A stretch of 64,000 nucleotides of DNA. Source: Torpedo marmorata (lineage: Eukaryota). Positions 62,309 to 64,000 of this stretch are shown here, in pieces (positions within the stretch are counted from its first letter, which is position 1; each line of letters opens with the position of its first letter). The position numbers were made by a program, and so were the translations under genes. Below the pieces are notes generated by a model. That model did not search any database. It worked only from the letters and a program-made list of their open reading frames with translations, and was not told where the DNA came from. The stretch is from NCBI GenBank assembly GCA_977017645.1, contig OZ360223.1, forward strand, positions 1,922,001-1,986,000, read 5' to 3'.

Positions 62309-62761
62309 TTAGGAGGCTGAGGAGGGACCTTATAAAATTTATAACATTATGTGGGGCATAGAGAGGATCTCCATGGTCATTTTTCAAGGGCAGTGAAATT
62401 AAGAATTAGAAGATACTGGTTTAAGGTGAGAGAGGAGAAATTTAAAGGAGACTTGTTTTTTTTTTCATATGGTTACCTGAACCAAGCTTTGGGATGAACT
62501 TTTGGCATTTGGGCAGGTACTTGGGTAGGAAAAGCATAGAAGTACATGGGTGTAAAACTACTCTGGACCTCCTCAACATCGGGAACATTCTTCCTGCATC
62601 TCACGTCTACTCCTGTCAGGATTTTATATGTCTCAATGAGATCCCCAAGTAAACGAACATGTAGACTCTCCCCCTGCTTCAGCTTACTTGCTCCTGAAAC
62701 CTTCAAACATGACTTTGTTATTCCTAGTTTTGACTTTTCCAACATTCTCATCAGGCTCCCA

Positions 62762-63390
62762 ATGATTCAGTGATTATTGGGGGATCAGAGGTGGAGAGGG
62801 TGAGCAAATTTAAGTTCTTGCGAGTCACTATCTCGGAGGATCTTTCCTGGACCCAACACACTAATGGCATCATGAATAAATCACGTCAGCGCCTCTACTT
62901 CCTCAGGAGTTTGTGGAGGTTTGGTATGATATCGGAAACTCTGGCAAATTTCTACAGATGTGTGGTGGAAAGTGTGCTGATCGACTGCATCACAGTCTGG
63001 TATGGGGACACCAATACCTCCGAGCGTAAAGCCCTGCAAAAGGTAGTGGACACAGCCCAGGACATCATAGGCAAAACCCTCCCCACCATCGAGAACAACT
63101 ACAGGGAATGCTGCCGTTGCAATCATCAAGGATCCACACCACCCAGGACATGCTCTGTTCTCGCTGCTGCCATCAGGAAAGAGGTAAAGGTGCCACAAGA
63201 CTCGCACCACCAGGTTCAGGAACAGCTGCTACCCCTCCACCATCAGTCTCCTCAACAACAAACTCAATCAGAGACTCATTTAAGGACTCTTACTTGTGCA
63301 CTTTATTGATTTTTTTCCTCTCTGCATTGCACAATCAGTTTGTTTACATTTCTTTATTTCTTTACATGTATACGTATCTTCTTCTATTTC
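62762..63390 (+). mobile_element. Rex1/Babar LINE 3' fragment
   Basis: VERVSKFKFL.VTISEDLSW...RQRLYFLRSL. Confidence 0.88.
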
Positions 63391-63394
63391 AATA

Positions 63395-64000
63395 TTTTTA
63401 TTGATATTTTATCAAATAAATGGTACATGACAATAAAATAAAGTATTAACAAATCTTGTATAACAATACAAATACAAATAATGTTGAAACCTATGTTACA
63501 TTAAAAGGAAAAATAAAAAGAAAACCACTATACTAATTTCTAAATATCGATCCCCTACCTTCGGAGGCTACTGGCTTAACACAAACAATCCACTACTAAT
63601 AATAAAAAAAGGGGAAGGTAAATATTGGGTTCAAAAACCAGAAACTAATTGATCTTACAAATTTTGAAAGTAATTAAGAAAAGAAGTGCATGGAGTAACA
63701 CGTTTTGGTAGCTGCTCCTAACATTTTCAGCTCCCACGCCTTACTTTTTTAAGTTACTTTTTCCTTAATGTAGAGTTCTTTCTTAGTTTTAGTTCTTCTC
63801 CTTTCCCAGTTTAGTTTACACTTATTCAATACGACCTCTACTCGTGGAGCTAAAGTTGGGAGAAAGGAAGAAGATGCTTCTACTTCAGAAGATTTTGCCT
63901 CTTTGACGAAATACATCAAGGCCTTGAGTAAAGATGTTAAAGAGTTTAAAAAGGACTCCAAAGAACATGACTCCAAAATTAAGGAACTGGAAAGAACAGT
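63395..64000. mobile_element. L1-like 3' end (minus, to about 63690) abutting a probable L1 5' UTR/ORF1 start (plus)
   Basis: 63395-63690 resembles the 3' UTR at 57620-57990. 63830-64000 reads as an open, charged coiled-coil on the + strand. Confidence 0.45.

Overview
This is repeat-dense vertebrate DNA, most likely from a cartilaginous fish (inferred from CR1, Penelope, Rex1 and HE1-like V-SINE repeats). The only host gene is an IL17RC-like interleukin-17 receptor on the + strand. Eleven phase-compatible coding exons (20848-57372, 338 codons of ectodomain) are largely missed by the ORF track. The first exon is uncertain, and no TM/SEFIR exons were found in the window. The rest is mostly transposable elements: four Ty3/Gypsy elements, a non-autonomous BEL/Pao element, four solo LTRs, L1/Tx1/CR1/Rex1/Penelope fragments, hAT, Chapaev3, piggyBac and Tigger DNA elements, and two minisatellites (42 bp and 59 bp) that generate the long spurious ORFs. 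The most notable observations are three. (1) The BEL element has lost RT/RNaseH/integrase and instead carries an intronless MIPOL1-like coiled-coil fused in frame to gag-protease, plus an N-terminal SAFB/SLTM-like SAP domain. (2) Two related Gypsy elements and the unrelated BEL element lack a tRNA primer-binding site. Their PBS position is instead complementary to their own LTR, with compensatory changes between the two Gypsy copies, suggesting self-primed reverse transcription outside the Tf1/sushi group. (3) A possible hAT-derived signal-peptide exon could serve the receptor. All homology calls were made by eye from recalled sequences and need database confirmation.
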